NCBI GenBank assembly: GCA_963707985.1
Contig: CAVPRW010000045.1
Span: forward strand, 286,902-350,901
Length of the DNA stretch: 64,000 nt
Origin: an uncultured Nitrospinota bacterium
Lineage (GTDB): Bacteria > Tectomicrobia > Entotheonellia > J063 > CAVPRW01
Direction: 5' to 3'
The stretch's first letter is position 1, and every line of letters begins with the position of its first letter. The translations under genes were made by a program, and so were the position numbers. Below are positions 49,088 through 58,543 of the stretch, piece after piece. The notes under the pieces were generated by a model that was given only the letters and a program-made list of their open reading frames with translations, was not told the DNA's origin and made no database searches.

Positions 49088-49474
49088 CTATTCGAGGACA
49101 ACCAACTGCGTGCCGACATGGGGCGGATGGAGATGGCAGATGATCGGGAAAATCCCCGCCTTGTCTGCCTTGAATTCGATGATCTCTGGCTTCCCCACAT
49201 TGACCAATGCTTGAATGCCATAGGCTTCAATGGCTATGCCGTGAACCGGCGGGTCAGACTTCACATTATTGATGGCTTTAATCCTGACGATATCCCCTTT
49301 CTTGACCACCACAGGCCCAGGAACCCAGATCTTCGTGCCCTCGAATTCGATGTTCACGATGGTCACTTCCGTCGTCGACTGCGCTCCTCCGACGGCGCAA
49401 AAACCCATGACGATCCCCGCCCCCATGGCCACCGCTAACACCAGCCGAAATTTGTTCTTATAGCCCTGCCACAT
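49088..49474 (-). CDS. Secreted cupredoxin-domain protein
   Basis: Signal peptide, VKKGDIV, HGIAI, F-x-ADKAG, CHLHPPH copper-ligand loop. Confidence 0.8.
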   Translation of the reverse strand: MWQGYKNKFRLVLAVAMGAGIVMGFCAVGGAQSTTEVTIVNIEFEGTKIWVPGPVVVKKGDIVRIKAINNVKSDPPVHGIAIEAYGIQALVNVGKPEIIEFKADKAGIFPIICHLHPPHVGTQLVVLE

Positions 49475-49535
49475 GAATCACTCGCCTCCTTGCCGAGCGC
49501 TGAGCACTGCTTCCTCTCAGCGCTCGGCACCTGCC

Positions 49536-50009
49536 CTAATATGCCACGAACGAGAGTCCGTGCCCATGCCAGTTACCCCCGTCAGCGGCGATGGTTTCGC
49601 CCGTGATGTAGGCTGCCGCATCCGAGACCAGGAAGGTCACCACATGAGCGATATCCTCTGGGGTACCGAGGCGTTTCAGGGGAATGGCGCGTTCGATGGA
49701 TTCGATTGCATCCGGGCGAATCAACATTGCTGCCAACGCTGCCTCGGTCATAACCACGCCCGGCGCTACCGCATTGACACGAATATTGTGCTTCGCCCAT
49801 TCGAGGGCCAATGTGCGGGTGAGGTTGATGACACCGGCGCGTGCTGCGGCTGAGTGGGCGAGGCCAGGCGCCGCACGCAGGCCAAAATTGGCGACGACGA
49901 CGTCGGCGCCAAGCTCGGCCAGCTCTATGGCGATCGCACGGCCGATGCCCGTGCCGCCACCTGTGACGATGGCCACACGCTCCTTCAAGATACCAGGGAG
50001 AAAAATCAC
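49536..50009 (-). pseudogene. SDR oxidoreductase (dienoyl/enoyl-CoA reductase-like) with a large in-frame internal deletion
   Basis: TGGGTGIG...GADVVVA joins directly to NFGLRAAPGLAHSAAARAG. The central part including NNAG is missing, leaving 157 aa. Confidence 0.75.
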
Positions 50010-50022
50010 AGGTCCCTCACGC

Positions 50023-50142
50023 CTATTTCTTCATCACCATGTCCTGGCCACAGCAGACGACCGTCCCTCCGCCCGACTTGGTGATGATCACTTCCACCCC
50101 ACATTTGCTACACATATAGCGCTTACCCATCTGATTTGGCAT
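50023..50142 (-). CDS. Desulforedoxin-like microprotein A (39 aa)
   Basis: Below the ORF-track cutoff. MPNQMGKRYMCSKCGVEVIITKSGGGTVVCCGQDMVMKK, C-x2-C-x15-C-C, RBS GGAGGAAGGGG. Confidence 0.85.
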   Translation of the reverse strand: MPNQMGKRYMCSKCGVEVIITKSGGGTVVCCGQDMVMKK

Positions 50143-50160
50143 CTACCGCCCCTTCCTCCC

Positions 50161-50206
50161 CCTCCCGTACCCGCCCTCCTTGAGGGGGAGCGGCGGGTAC
50201 GGGGGG
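50161..50206. repeat. Strong GC-rich hairpin with REP-like core between the crotonase stop and microprotein A
   Basis: CCCGTACCCGCC (50164-50175) pairs with GGCGGGTACGGG (50192-50203). Inner CTCC/GGAG. Confidence 0.65.
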
Positions 50207-51004
50207 TTACCTCCCCTGAAACTCCGGATTCCGTCGTTCATGGTAGGATCGAATCCCTTCCGCCCGATCGGCGGTGGTCTGCAGCAGGAGACAGAGGTCT
50301 GCCTCCAAACGTGCCCCTTCGGCAAAGGGAAGATCGATCCCTTGACGCATCGCTTCCTTACCATACCGGACTGCGAGTGGCGCACCTTTGAGAATCGATG
50401 CCGCCAGTTCTTCCGCGACTTTTAGGAGTTCATTCGATGGCACCACGCGCCCGACGAGACCGATCTGGCGGGCTTCATCGGCATCGACCGGTTCACCGGT
50501 CATGATCAGCTCCAGGGCTTTGGCCAGACCAATGATACGAGGCAACCGTTGAGTTCCACCCGACATGGGAATCATCCCCTCGCGCACTTGTGGAAAGCCG
50601 AAGCGGGCGTCCTCGCGGCTGACACGAATATCACAAGCCAACGCTACCTCTAACCCTGCACCGAGCGCATCACCGTTCAGGGCGGCGATCACCGGCTTAC
50701 TTAGGCTAGCAACTGCTTCGATCCCATACAACGCCCAGTGGCGGTGCCGCACTGACTCTGCAGGGGTTTCGATCAGTTCCCGCCACTCCTCTGGCGAGAC
50801 CGAACGCGCATCCAGACCCAGGGAGAACACTGGTCCTGCCCCGGTGAGAATCGTCACTCCGACGTCGGCATCATCCTCAATGACACCACATATTTCTGCC
50901 AGACAATCTGCCATCTGTCGAGTCAGGCGGTTCAATCGATCAGCCCGATTCAACGTGACAAGCGCGATGCGGTCCTTCTTTTCGAACAGGATGGGTTCAG
51001 TCAC
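50207..51004 (-). CDS. Enoyl-CoA hydratase/isomerase family protein (second catalytic Glu replaced by Gln)
   Basis: KPVIAALNGDALGAGLEVALACDIR, FGFPQ, GGTQRLPR. GTG 51004 with RBS GGAGGG. Confidence 0.88.
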   Translation of the reverse strand: MTEPILFEKKDRIALVTLNRADRLNRLTRQMADCLAEICGVIEDDADVGVTILTGAGPVFSLGLDARSVSPEEWRELIETPAESVRHRHWALYGIEAVASLSKPVIAALNGDALGAGLEVALACDIRVSREDARFGFPQVREGMIPMSGGTQRLPRIIGLAKALELIMTGEPVDADEARQIGLVGRVVPSNELLKVAEELAASILKGAPLAVRYGKEAMRQGIDLPFAEGARLEADLCLLLQTTADRAEGIRSYHERRNPEFQGR

Positions 51005-51079
51005 ATCACCCTCCATAAGTTTCTTTAGATCGGCGTCACGCAGCGCAGGCACTATCAAGGGGCAGCATCTGAGACGATC

Positions 51080-51817
51080 TCAATCAGCAGATAATGCCAC
51101 GCGAAAGCCGTAGTCGGTGAACGTCCGATCTGGCGGTAGGCTGCTGCGCGCCGCACAGCGGGTCACCTTGAGACGATGCCTCCAGGAGCCGCCACGCGAG
51201 GCACGACGTACCCCAGTGGCTGGGCCTTGAGGGTTAGCGGCAGGAGACCACTGGTAATAGTCGGCGGCATACCAATCGCTACACCAGACATGCACCAGAT
51301 CTCCCATGTTATGTAGACCACAACCGTTTGGGGGATCATGGCCGACCAGATCCGGTCGCTCGACGGCCTCACCGCGGCCGTAGGGGTGCATCCACTGTGG
51401 TAGGTCGTCCCCCCAGGGATAACGCTGACCTTCGACGCCGCCCCGCGCGGCCCGCTCCCACTCGGCCTCCGTAGGCAGGCGATAGGGTTTCCCGAAGACC
51501 TTCCCTAGCCAGTGACAGTATGCCACCGCGTCGAACCAACTGACGGAGACCACCGGCTGATCAGGATGATTCAAGCGTGGCGCATTCCAGGTCAGCGGAA
51601 CGTGATGACCCGTCGACCGCAAGAAACAGTCATATTCCTGATTTCTCACCGGAAATTTACCGATTGCAAAACCACTCACCCAGACCCGGTGCACCGGCTG
51701 CTCATTCTCCTGACCGAAGTCACTGCCCATGAGGAAATCGCCGGCTGGGATAGGCAGTAGATCGGGTTCAAGCGTCATCGCCAAGTGGTGAGTGCTGAGT
51801 GTTGAGGACCAACTCAT
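51080..51817 (-). CDS. FGE-sulfatase (SUMF1/EgtB/PvdO) fold protein
   Basis: FLMGS, PVVSVSWFDA, RLPTEAEWE, RGGSW, GFR. No catalytic Cys pair after GGSW. ATG overlaps the ligase stop. Confidence 0.85.
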   Translation of the reverse strand: MSWSSTLSTHHLAMTLEPDLLPIPAGDFLMGSDFGQENEQPVHRVWVSGFAIGKFPVRNQEYDCFLRSTGHHVPLTWNAPRLNHPDQPVVSVSWFDAVAYCHWLGKVFGKPYRLPTEAEWERAARGGVEGQRYPWGDDLPQWMHPYGRGEAVERPDLVGHDPPNGCGLHNMGDLVHVWCSDWYAADYYQWSPAANPQGPATGVRRASRGGSWRHRLKVTRCAARSSLPPDRTFTDYGFRVALSAD

Positions 51818-53403
51818 GATGAGCTCCTCCACTCCTCCCTCGGCGCTGTGTTGCGTGTAACCTGTTCCCGCAACTCGTTACGTAACACCTTCCCGAGCCC
51901 GTTACGCGGTAGCGTATTGACAAACTGCACACTTGCCGGCTTTTTAAAGCTTGCCAGGCGTTGGTGACACCAGTCGATCACCTCCTCAGCGGTGAGGGGA
52001 CTCCCAGTCTTGGGGACAACGATGGCCATCACCTGTTCTCCCCAGTCCACATCTGGAAGGCCAATGACGGCCGCCTCCTCGATCGCCGGATGAGTATGCA
52101 AGACCGCCTCTACCTCCGCAGGTGAGATATTTTCTCCGCCTCGGATAATAAGATCATCCTTTCGTCCCACCAGATACACGTACCCGTCAGCATCCATCCA
52201 GCCCATGTCACGTGTGTGCAGCCAACCATTCACGATAGTCGGTGCGGTAGCGTCATCCTGTGAGATATACCCCTTCATGAGACGCATCGTGCGCACCACG
52301 ATTTCGCCGATCTCACCCGAGGCCACTTCGGCACCCTCGGAATCGATGATACGCACCTCGACATCCGATAGCGGTCGCCCAATCGACCCCAGCCGTCGAA
52401 TTTTTTCCTCAATCTCCAGTGCCGAGCCCTCCAAGCGGTGGTCATCCGGCAGCAACATCGTGACCGTTGCCGTGGTTTCCGTTTGCCCAAAGGCATTGAC
52501 AAAACCCACCGTCGACGGGAACATGGCGAGGGCTCGGCGAATCACCGGCACTGGCATGGGGGCGGCGCCATACGCTAGAATCTCCAGACTTGCGCAGGAC
52601 GCCTGACGGAAGGCGGGGTGATCCAGCACACGCTTCAGCATGGTTGGTACCAGAAAGGCATGCGTTATGTGCTCCCGTTGCACCGTTTCCAACCACTCGG
52701 CTGCTTCAAATTGGCGCAGGATGGCCAGCCGACGGCCGGTGAAGACACTGGTCAACATGGAGGTGATTCCCGCGATATGATAGAGGGGCACGCATAGCAG
52801 CGCTGCCCCACGCGGTGTACCGTCAGCCAGCTCAGTATGGCCGCAGACATAGGTGACAAAATCCCCGTAAGTCAGCATGACCCCCTTGGGACGCCCGGTT
52901 GTGCCGCTCGTGTACATCAAGATGTTGCTGTCCCCCGCGTCCACCTCAGCCTCGCTGGCTTCCCCTGGGCTGTGGGCGATCAGTTCTTCGAAGAGCATCA
53001 TCTCCTGTTGTGGAGACTCGATGGCCACATAGTGGCTCACACAACGTAAGCGGTCGCGAAGACCTGCGATCAGCTCCCCATAGCGGTCCCCGACCATGAG
53101 CACGCGTACGTCGGCCGTGAGGATCATATACGCCAGCTCGTCCGCGCGGGCGCGATAGTTCAGGGGCACGAACACGCCCCCTAGCATCGAGGTGGCGAAA
53201 TAGGTCTCGAGATAACGCGACGAGTTGGTGTCGAGCACTGCCACGGCATCGCCTGGTGCGATTCCTATGGCGGCTAACGCAGCCGCAAGACGCTGGACCC
53301 GCCTGCTTGTATCCTGGTAGGTCTGGCGGTGGTTACCAAAGACGACAAGCTCCTGTTCAGGAACGATGGTGGCGGGGATAGTCAGGAAATTCGCGGTGTT
53401 CAC
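51814..53403 (-). CDS. Acyl-CoA synthetase / AMP-dependent ligase
   Basis: YTSGTTGRPKG, NAFGQTE, GRKDDLIIRGGENI, PRNGLGK. Confidence 0.93.
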   Translation of the reverse strand: MNTANFLTIPATIVPEQELVVFGNHRQTYQDTSRRVQRLAAALAAIGIAPGDAVAVLDTNSSRYLETYFATSMLGGVFVPLNYRARADELAYMILTADVRVLMVGDRYGELIAGLRDRLRCVSHYVAIESPQQEMMLFEELIAHSPGEASEAEVDAGDSNILMYTSGTTGRPKGVMLTYGDFVTYVCGHTELADGTPRGAALLCVPLYHIAGITSMLTSVFTGRRLAILRQFEAAEWLETVQREHITHAFLVPTMLKRVLDHPAFRQASCASLEILAYGAAPMPVPVIRRALAMFPSTVGFVNAFGQTETTATVTMLLPDDHRLEGSALEIEEKIRRLGSIGRPLSDVEVRIIDSEGAEVASGEIGEIVVRTMRLMKGYISQDDATAPTIVNGWLHTRDMGWMDADGYVYLVGRKDDLIIRGGENISPAEVEAVLHTHPAIEEAAVIGLPDVDWGEQVMAIVVPKTGSPLTAEEVIDWCHQRLASFKKPASVQFVNTLPRNGLGKVLRNELREQVTRNTAPREEWRSSS

Positions 53404-54170
53404 GAACGTCTCCGGTGCTTGAAGCGATTGACGCGGGGGCGTGGAGTGGTTTGAACCTGTGCCAACAGGCGTTGAGCGAACCGACTCTCGATCTGAAGCC
53501 CCTCATTGAGGGGGAGTTCGCTGCCGCGCCGGATGGCCGCTTTTGCCAAGCGAATGGCCAGGGGATTGCGCGACATCATGGTGAACGCCAGTGCTTCCGC
53601 CGCAGACAGCAGGCGGTCTGGAGGGACCACGCGGTTGACCAATCCAGACTGCAGCCCGCTCTCATGGTCAATCCACGCACCGCTCAGCAGCATTTCCAGA
53701 GAAAACCCTAGGCGGGTCACACGCGGTAGGGTCTGAGTGCCAGCCGCCGCTGGGATGAAGCCCAAGCTCAGCTCGGGGAAGCGGAATTGCGTGCCCTCGG
53801 CAGCCACGCGTAGATCGCACAGCAACGCCATCTCCAGCCCGGACCCGATCACGTAGCCATGCAACGCCGCGATGGTGGGGATCTCAAGGGCCTGCAACAG
53901 TCCCCAGACATCGCGAGCCCACCGCACTTCGCGGGCGACCGCGACCGACGGGGCGGTGCCAAACTCGGTTAAATCAGCCCCACCACAGAACGCGCGCCCT
54001 GCCCCATTGAGGAGCATAGCACGGACGGTCGGGTCATCGCGGATCGCACACAGAACCTCCCAGAGCTCATCGCGCATCCGTATATTATACACATTGAGGA
54101 CTTCAGGGCGATTAAGGGTTACCCGTGCCAGGCCATTTTGTTTTTCATAGATCAGTGTGTCAAAGGGCAC
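53400..54170 (-). CDS. Enoyl-CoA hydratase/isomerase family protein
   Basis: LNRPEVLN, AFCGGADL, GSGLEMALLCDLR, FPELSLG. Overlaps the ligase start by 4 nt. Confidence 0.9.
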   Translation of the reverse strand: MPFDTLIYEKQNGLARVTLNRPEVLNVYNIRMRDELWEVLCAIRDDPTVRAMLLNGAGRAFCGGADLTEFGTAPSVAVAREVRWARDVWGLLQALEIPTIAALHGYVIGSGLEMALLCDLRVAAEGTQFRFPELSLGFIPAAAGTQTLPRVTRLGFSLEMLLSGAWIDHESGLQSGLVNRVVPPDRLLSAAEALAFTMMSRNPLAIRLAKAAIRRGSELPLNEGLQIESRFAQRLLAQVQTTPRPRVNRFKHRRRS

Positions 54171-54305
54171 GGTCAGCCCCCCTTTTCTCTCCCTCTCCCA
54201 CCCGCACAGGGCCGGGCTGAGGGTAGCCTAACCATTCGGTCATACCTTGATTTCCCCCATCATACCCCTCTCCCCGAGGGAGAAGGCATTAGGAAAGCTC
54301 TCATC

Positions 54306-56561
54306 TTATGCCAGTGGCGAGGTGCGTTGGGGCACAGGCTTCGCCTCCGAGAGCGTTTGTTGTTGCTCTCCAGGGGTGCGCTCGACCATGGGCATGTCAC
54401 GCAGGAAACGCTGCGTTCTGGCATACTGTGACGCTTTCATCACGGCGTCCATGGCCTGACGAAAATGCTGCGCCGAGAGCATCACCTCTTGCGGCTCGCC
54501 CCCCTGCTGTTCAACATGGTCGCGAATGGCATGCATCGTGGCCCGCCGACAAATCGCAGCGATGTCCCCACCTATCAGACCCTCGCTGCGTTCCGCTAGC
54601 GCGTTGAGATCCACATCCGGCGCCAGTGGCTTGCCCTGGGTATGTACGGCGAAAATCGCCTGGCGGGTGTCCCGGTCCGGCACTGGGAGATCGACCACCA
54701 GGTCAAAACGCCCTGGGCTCAGCAGTGCGGGATCGACCATGTCCAACCGATTCGTCGCCCCCAGCACGACTACTCCCTTCAGTTCCTCGATGCCGTCCAT
54801 CTCGGTGAGAAATTGGCTGACGATGCGATCTCCTACCCCAGAATCACTACTTCCCGAGCCACGTACCGGGCAGAGGGCATCGATTTCGTCGAAGAAGATA
54901 ATACAGGGGGCCGCTAAGCGCGCCTTGCGGAAGACTTCCCGGACCGATTGCTCCGACTCACCGACCCATTTGGACAGGAGCTCTGGCCCCTTGACGGCGA
55001 TGAAGTTGACGCCGCTCTCTTTGGCGACGGCTTTGGCGAGCAACGTTTTACCGCTGCCGGGAGACCCCGAGAGCAATATCCCTTTGGGCGGCGAGGTGCC
55101 AATCTGCAGGAACAAATCGCTATGCCGGAGCGGCCATTCGATGGCCTCGCGGAGCACTTGCTTGGCTTCGTCCAACCCTCCCACATCGCTCCATCGCACG
55201 TCGGCGATGTCGCGAAATACCTCTCGACCCGTCGACGGCTTGACACGTTTCATGGCCTCGGCGAAGGACACATTGCCCACCTCCAGCCCTTCCAGCATCT
55301 CCTCGGTGATGCCATGGTCGGCGTCGAAGTCTGGGACCAAGCGCCTTAGGGTAATCATGGCCGCTTCCTGGCAGAGTGCCTTCAGATCGGCGCCGACATA
55401 GCCGTGTGTGGCCTCGGCGATTTTGCCTAAATCGACATCCTTAGCCAACGGCATCGTCTGGGAGTGAATCCTCAAGATTTCCAGGCGTCCCTCACGGTCG
55501 GGCACGCGCACGGAGATCTCACGATCAAAGCGTCCTGGCCGTCGCAGCGCTGGGTCGACAGAGTCGGGAATGTTCGTCGCTGCCACCACGATCACCTGCC
55601 CGCGCGATTCCAGGCCATCCAACAGTGCCATCAATTGGGCGACAATGCGTTTCTCGACGTCGCCGCTGACATCCTCACGCTTACTGGCGATGGCATCGAT
55701 TTCGTCGAAAAAGATGATCGTCGGGGCACGGTCGCGTGCCTCCTTAAACACCTCACGCAGATGCGCCTCACTATCGCCATAATAGCGGTGCACGATTTCG
55801 GGGCCGCTGATGTGTATGAAGTGGGCCGACGTTTCACTGGCCACGGCGCGCGCGGTCATGGTTTTCCCACACCCAGGAGGACCGAAGAGCAACACGCCTT
55901 TGGGGGCATCGATGCCGAGGCGATCGAAGAGCTGAGGGTACTTGAGGGGCAGCTCGACCACCTCACGCACCTGCTGCAATTCGGCGCTCATGCCCCCGAT
56001 ATCTTTATAGGTTACCTTGCGTGGCCCTTGCGCCGCCCCTGACGCCGGTTTGATCGTTAAGGTGGTGCCGGTTCGGATGATGACTGCGCCCTCAGGAACA
56101 GTTTCAGCAACAGAAAACTCCCAGTTCTTAAATCCCGCCGTATTAGGCCGGACCCGGTCGCCTCCAACCACCGGTAGCCCTTCCAAAAGCCGCAAGAGCT
56201 CTTTCAGCTCCTCATCAGTAACCTTGGGAGGCACCGCGTTCATCGGCGAGAGAACGACGCGCTGTGCCGTTTGCACATCAATCTTCTGCACCGTCACCTG
56301 TTCGGCCAGGGCGGTCTGTGCATTAGCGCGCAGCACCTGATCCAGCGCGATAAACCCCTTATTGGTATCTTTGACATAGGTCCGCATGGCCTTCGCCACT
56401 GTCTGCCGCTTCCCCGTCAGACTGATCATGTCACCGATGGCCAGGCCCAATGTCTCCAGATCTTCCGGCGCGAGCTTGGCGATGCCACGTCCGATATCCT
56501 CAGGCCGCGCATCGATCACACGCAGCATCAGAGATTTTCGTCCCTCCTCCTGGGTTGCCAC
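54306..56561 (-). CDS. CDC48/VCP-family double AAA+ ATPase
   Basis: N-domain plus two AAA modules: [24 protein letters not shown] and [19 protein letters not shown]. Confidence 0.93.
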   Translation of the reverse strand: MATQEEGRKSLMLRVIDARPEDIGRGIAKLAPEDLETLGLAIGDMISLTGKRQTVAKAMRTYVKDTNKGFIALDQVLRANAQTALAEQVTVQKIDVQTAQRVVLSPMNAVPPKVTDEELKELLRLLEGLPVVGGDRVRPNTAGFKNWEFSVAETVPEGAVIIRTGTTLTIKPASGAAQGPRKVTYKDIGGMSAELQQVREVVELPLKYPQLFDRLGIDAPKGVLLFGPPGCGKTMTARAVASETSAHFIHISGPEIVHRYYGDSEAHLREVFKEARDRAPTIIFFDEIDAIASKREDVSGDVEKRIVAQLMALLDGLESRGQVIVVAATNIPDSVDPALRRPGRFDREISVRVPDREGRLEILRIHSQTMPLAKDVDLGKIAEATHGYVGADLKALCQEAAMITLRRLVPDFDADHGITEEMLEGLEVGNVSFAEAMKRVKPSTGREVFRDIADVRWSDVGGLDEAKQVLREAIEWPLRHSDLFLQIGTSPPKGILLSGSPGSGKTLLAKAVAKESGVNFIAVKGPELLSKWVGESEQSVREVFRKARLAAPCIIFFDEIDALCPVRGSGSSDSGVGDRIVSQFLTEMDGIEELKGVVVLGATNRLDMVDPALLSPGRFDLVVDLPVPDRDTRQAIFAVHTQGKPLAPDVDLNALAERSEGLIGGDIAAICRRATMHAIRDHVEQQGGEPQEVMLSAQHFRQAMDAVMKASQYARTQRFLRDMPMVERTPGEQQQTLSEAKPVPQRTSPLA

Positions 56562-56695
56562 GCCGCTTTCCCTCCACTTTCACACATATTGAAGACGACA
56601 CCAGAGAGCGCCGCACCGTCCCCTTCACCGCCTGCTCCATGCTTCAACCCTGTCCCCCTTGGGAGGGAGAATCCAGAGAGGGGCTATCAGAGCGT

Positions 56696-57628
56696 CTACC
56701 TGGCACTCCGCAAATATTGCATGGCAAAACACGCTGCCGTTGCCCCATCGCCAGCAGCTGAGATCACCTGTCGAGCCGAATGTTGGCGCAGATCACCCGC
56801 AGCATATAGCCCGGGAAGCGACGTTTCCATGCGCTGGTTAACCGGCACATGCCCGCCAGCATCCAACGGCAGCACACCTTGCAAAAATCCCGTGTTAGGC
56901 TGCAAGCCGACATAGATGAACACCCCGGCCACTGGCAACAGTGACGTCTCAGCCGTGTGTACATCGGTAAGCCGTAGGCGCTCCACCTGCTCACTGCCCT
57001 CGATCCCTTCGACCACCGTATGCCAGCGCCAGAAGATCTTCGGCTGAGCCCTGGCCCGTTCTTGCAGGACTTGTGTGGCTCGCAATTGGTCGCTGCGGTG
57101 CACGACGGTCACTTTCGCAGCCAATTCGGTGAGGTATAGGGCCTCGTCCATGGCGGAATCCCCACCGCCAACCACAGCGACCTCCTGGTTGTGGAACATG
57201 GCGCCGTCGCACGTGGCGCAATAGGAGACACCGCGCCCTTCAAAAGCCGCTTCCCCCGGCACGTCGAGGCGCTTCAGCGTGCTCCCACAAGCCAGAATCA
57301 CGACTTTGCCGGTATAGGAGCCCATAGTGGTATCCACGACAAACGGCCGTTGATCGACATGCAACGCCTCTACTTCTACAAACGCCGTTTGCAGGCCATA
57401 AGGTTTGATCTGATCGAGCATATTGACGGCTAGATCGATACCACGAATGCTGGCGGGGAGACCGGGGTAATTCTCGATCGCTTCGGCGTTGGCGATCTGG
57501 CCGCCAAAGGTCATGCGCTCGATGATCAGAGTCTTAAGCTGCTCGCGGGTGGTGAAGAGGGCCGCCGACAAACCGGCGGCGCCGGCGCCGAGGACGATCA
57601 CATCAAAGTCTCGATCCATTGCCATCAT
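56696..57628 (-). CDS. trxB: Thioredoxin-disulfide reductase
   Basis: GAGAAG, IENYPG, GRGVSYCATCDG, GGGDSA, AAGD. Confidence 0.92.
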   Translation of the reverse strand: MMAMDRDFDVIVLGAGAAGLSAALFTTREQLKTLIIERMTFGGQIANAEAIENYPGLPASIRGIDLAVNMLDQIKPYGLQTAFVEVEALHVDQRPFVVDTTMGSYTGKVVILACGSTLKRLDVPGEAAFEGRGVSYCATCDGAMFHNQEVAVVGGGDSAMDEALYLTELAAKVTVVHRSDQLRATQVLQERARAQPKIFWRWHTVVEGIEGSEQVERLRLTDVHTAETSLLPVAGVFIYVGLQPNTGFLQGVLPLDAGGHVPVNQRMETSLPGLYAAGDLRQHSARQVISAAGDGATAACFAMQYLRSAR

Positions 57629-57736
57629 ACTGAGTCTCCAGACGACCAAGCTGTCGTGTAAACATGCTCAATCATACACTGGTCGAGGCTTCAAATCTAG
57701 TCCGATGCCCAGCACGCGTCATGACTCTAGTGCCGG

Positions 57737-58543
57737 CTATGTACCCTTGCTTGTCCCGGCCTGCGTGGCTATTGGGTCCACGCCATTCAGCCCCTGCGGT
57801 GTTATCCCAGGCGTCTCGGAGAGCTCTTCGCGAAAGGGCGTGGCCGCGTCCCAGGCCGCCTGATATGCCTCGGAAGTGAGACGTCCACGCATGAGCTCGA
57901 TACGCAGGAACAGACCGTAAGTTTGGATGACGTCTTGGCGGCAGTAGGTATGGATCAGGCCCAGCTGACCCGCTTCCCAGAGCCCTTGAATCATCGATCC
58001 GTCGACCCAGGTCTTTCCTGGTAAACCGATGAGCCGGGCGAGCAGGTTAAAGCCGCCTCGGATGCGATGCACGCCGACATTGGAGAGAAAATCGAATAGA
58101 TCGTAGTGCCGTTCTTCTGAATAGCGGTAGCGGTGGCCGTACTTCTCGTTGAAGTAACGTGGGGCCTGGCATCCGTAACGCAGGGCCTGCATCTCCATGA
58201 CGGGAAGATCAAAGGCGCGCCCGTTGAAGGACACCAAGGTACCGGGAAAGATTTCAACCCGCCGCCAGAACTCGCAGACAATCCCTTCCTCGCTATAATC
58301 CTGGGCACACAAGACCTCCACCGCCGTTAGGGTATGGTTGCCGGTCACGTTGCCGACGACGATGGAAATCGGGATATGAAAGGCAATGGGTAAAAAGTCG
58401 TTGCGGTGGTCACGTTCTTCACTAACCTGCTGCCGAAAGCGTTGATAGGCCTCCTCCTCCGTGACATCGTCGTGCGGAAACATCACCGCCCGAATCAGCG
58501 CTTTATCGATGCGGGTTTCGATGTCAAAGATGGCAAAGTTCAT
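57737..58543 (-). CDS. PolB-like DEDDy 3'-5' exonuclease
   Basis: FDIET, SFNGRAFDLP, YCRQDV. Confidence 0.88.
   Translation of the reverse strand: MNFAIFDIETRIDKALIRAVMFPHDDVTEEEAYQRFRQQVSEERDHRNDFLPIAFHIPISIVVGNVTGNHTLTAVEVLCAQDYSEEGIVCEFWRRVEIFPGTLVSFNGRAFDLPVMEMQALRYGCQAPRYFNEKYGHRYRYSEERHYDLFDFLSNVGVHRIRGGFNLLARLIGLPGKTWVDGSMIQGLWEAGQLGLIHTYCRQDVIQTYGLFLRIELMRGRLTSEAYQAAWDAATPFREELSETPGITPQGLNGVDPIATQAGTSKGT

Noticed and set aside
51080..51817. True formylglycine-generating enzyme
   Set aside because: The catalytic Cys pair after RGGSW is absent and no sulfatase is nearby. Only the fold is supported.
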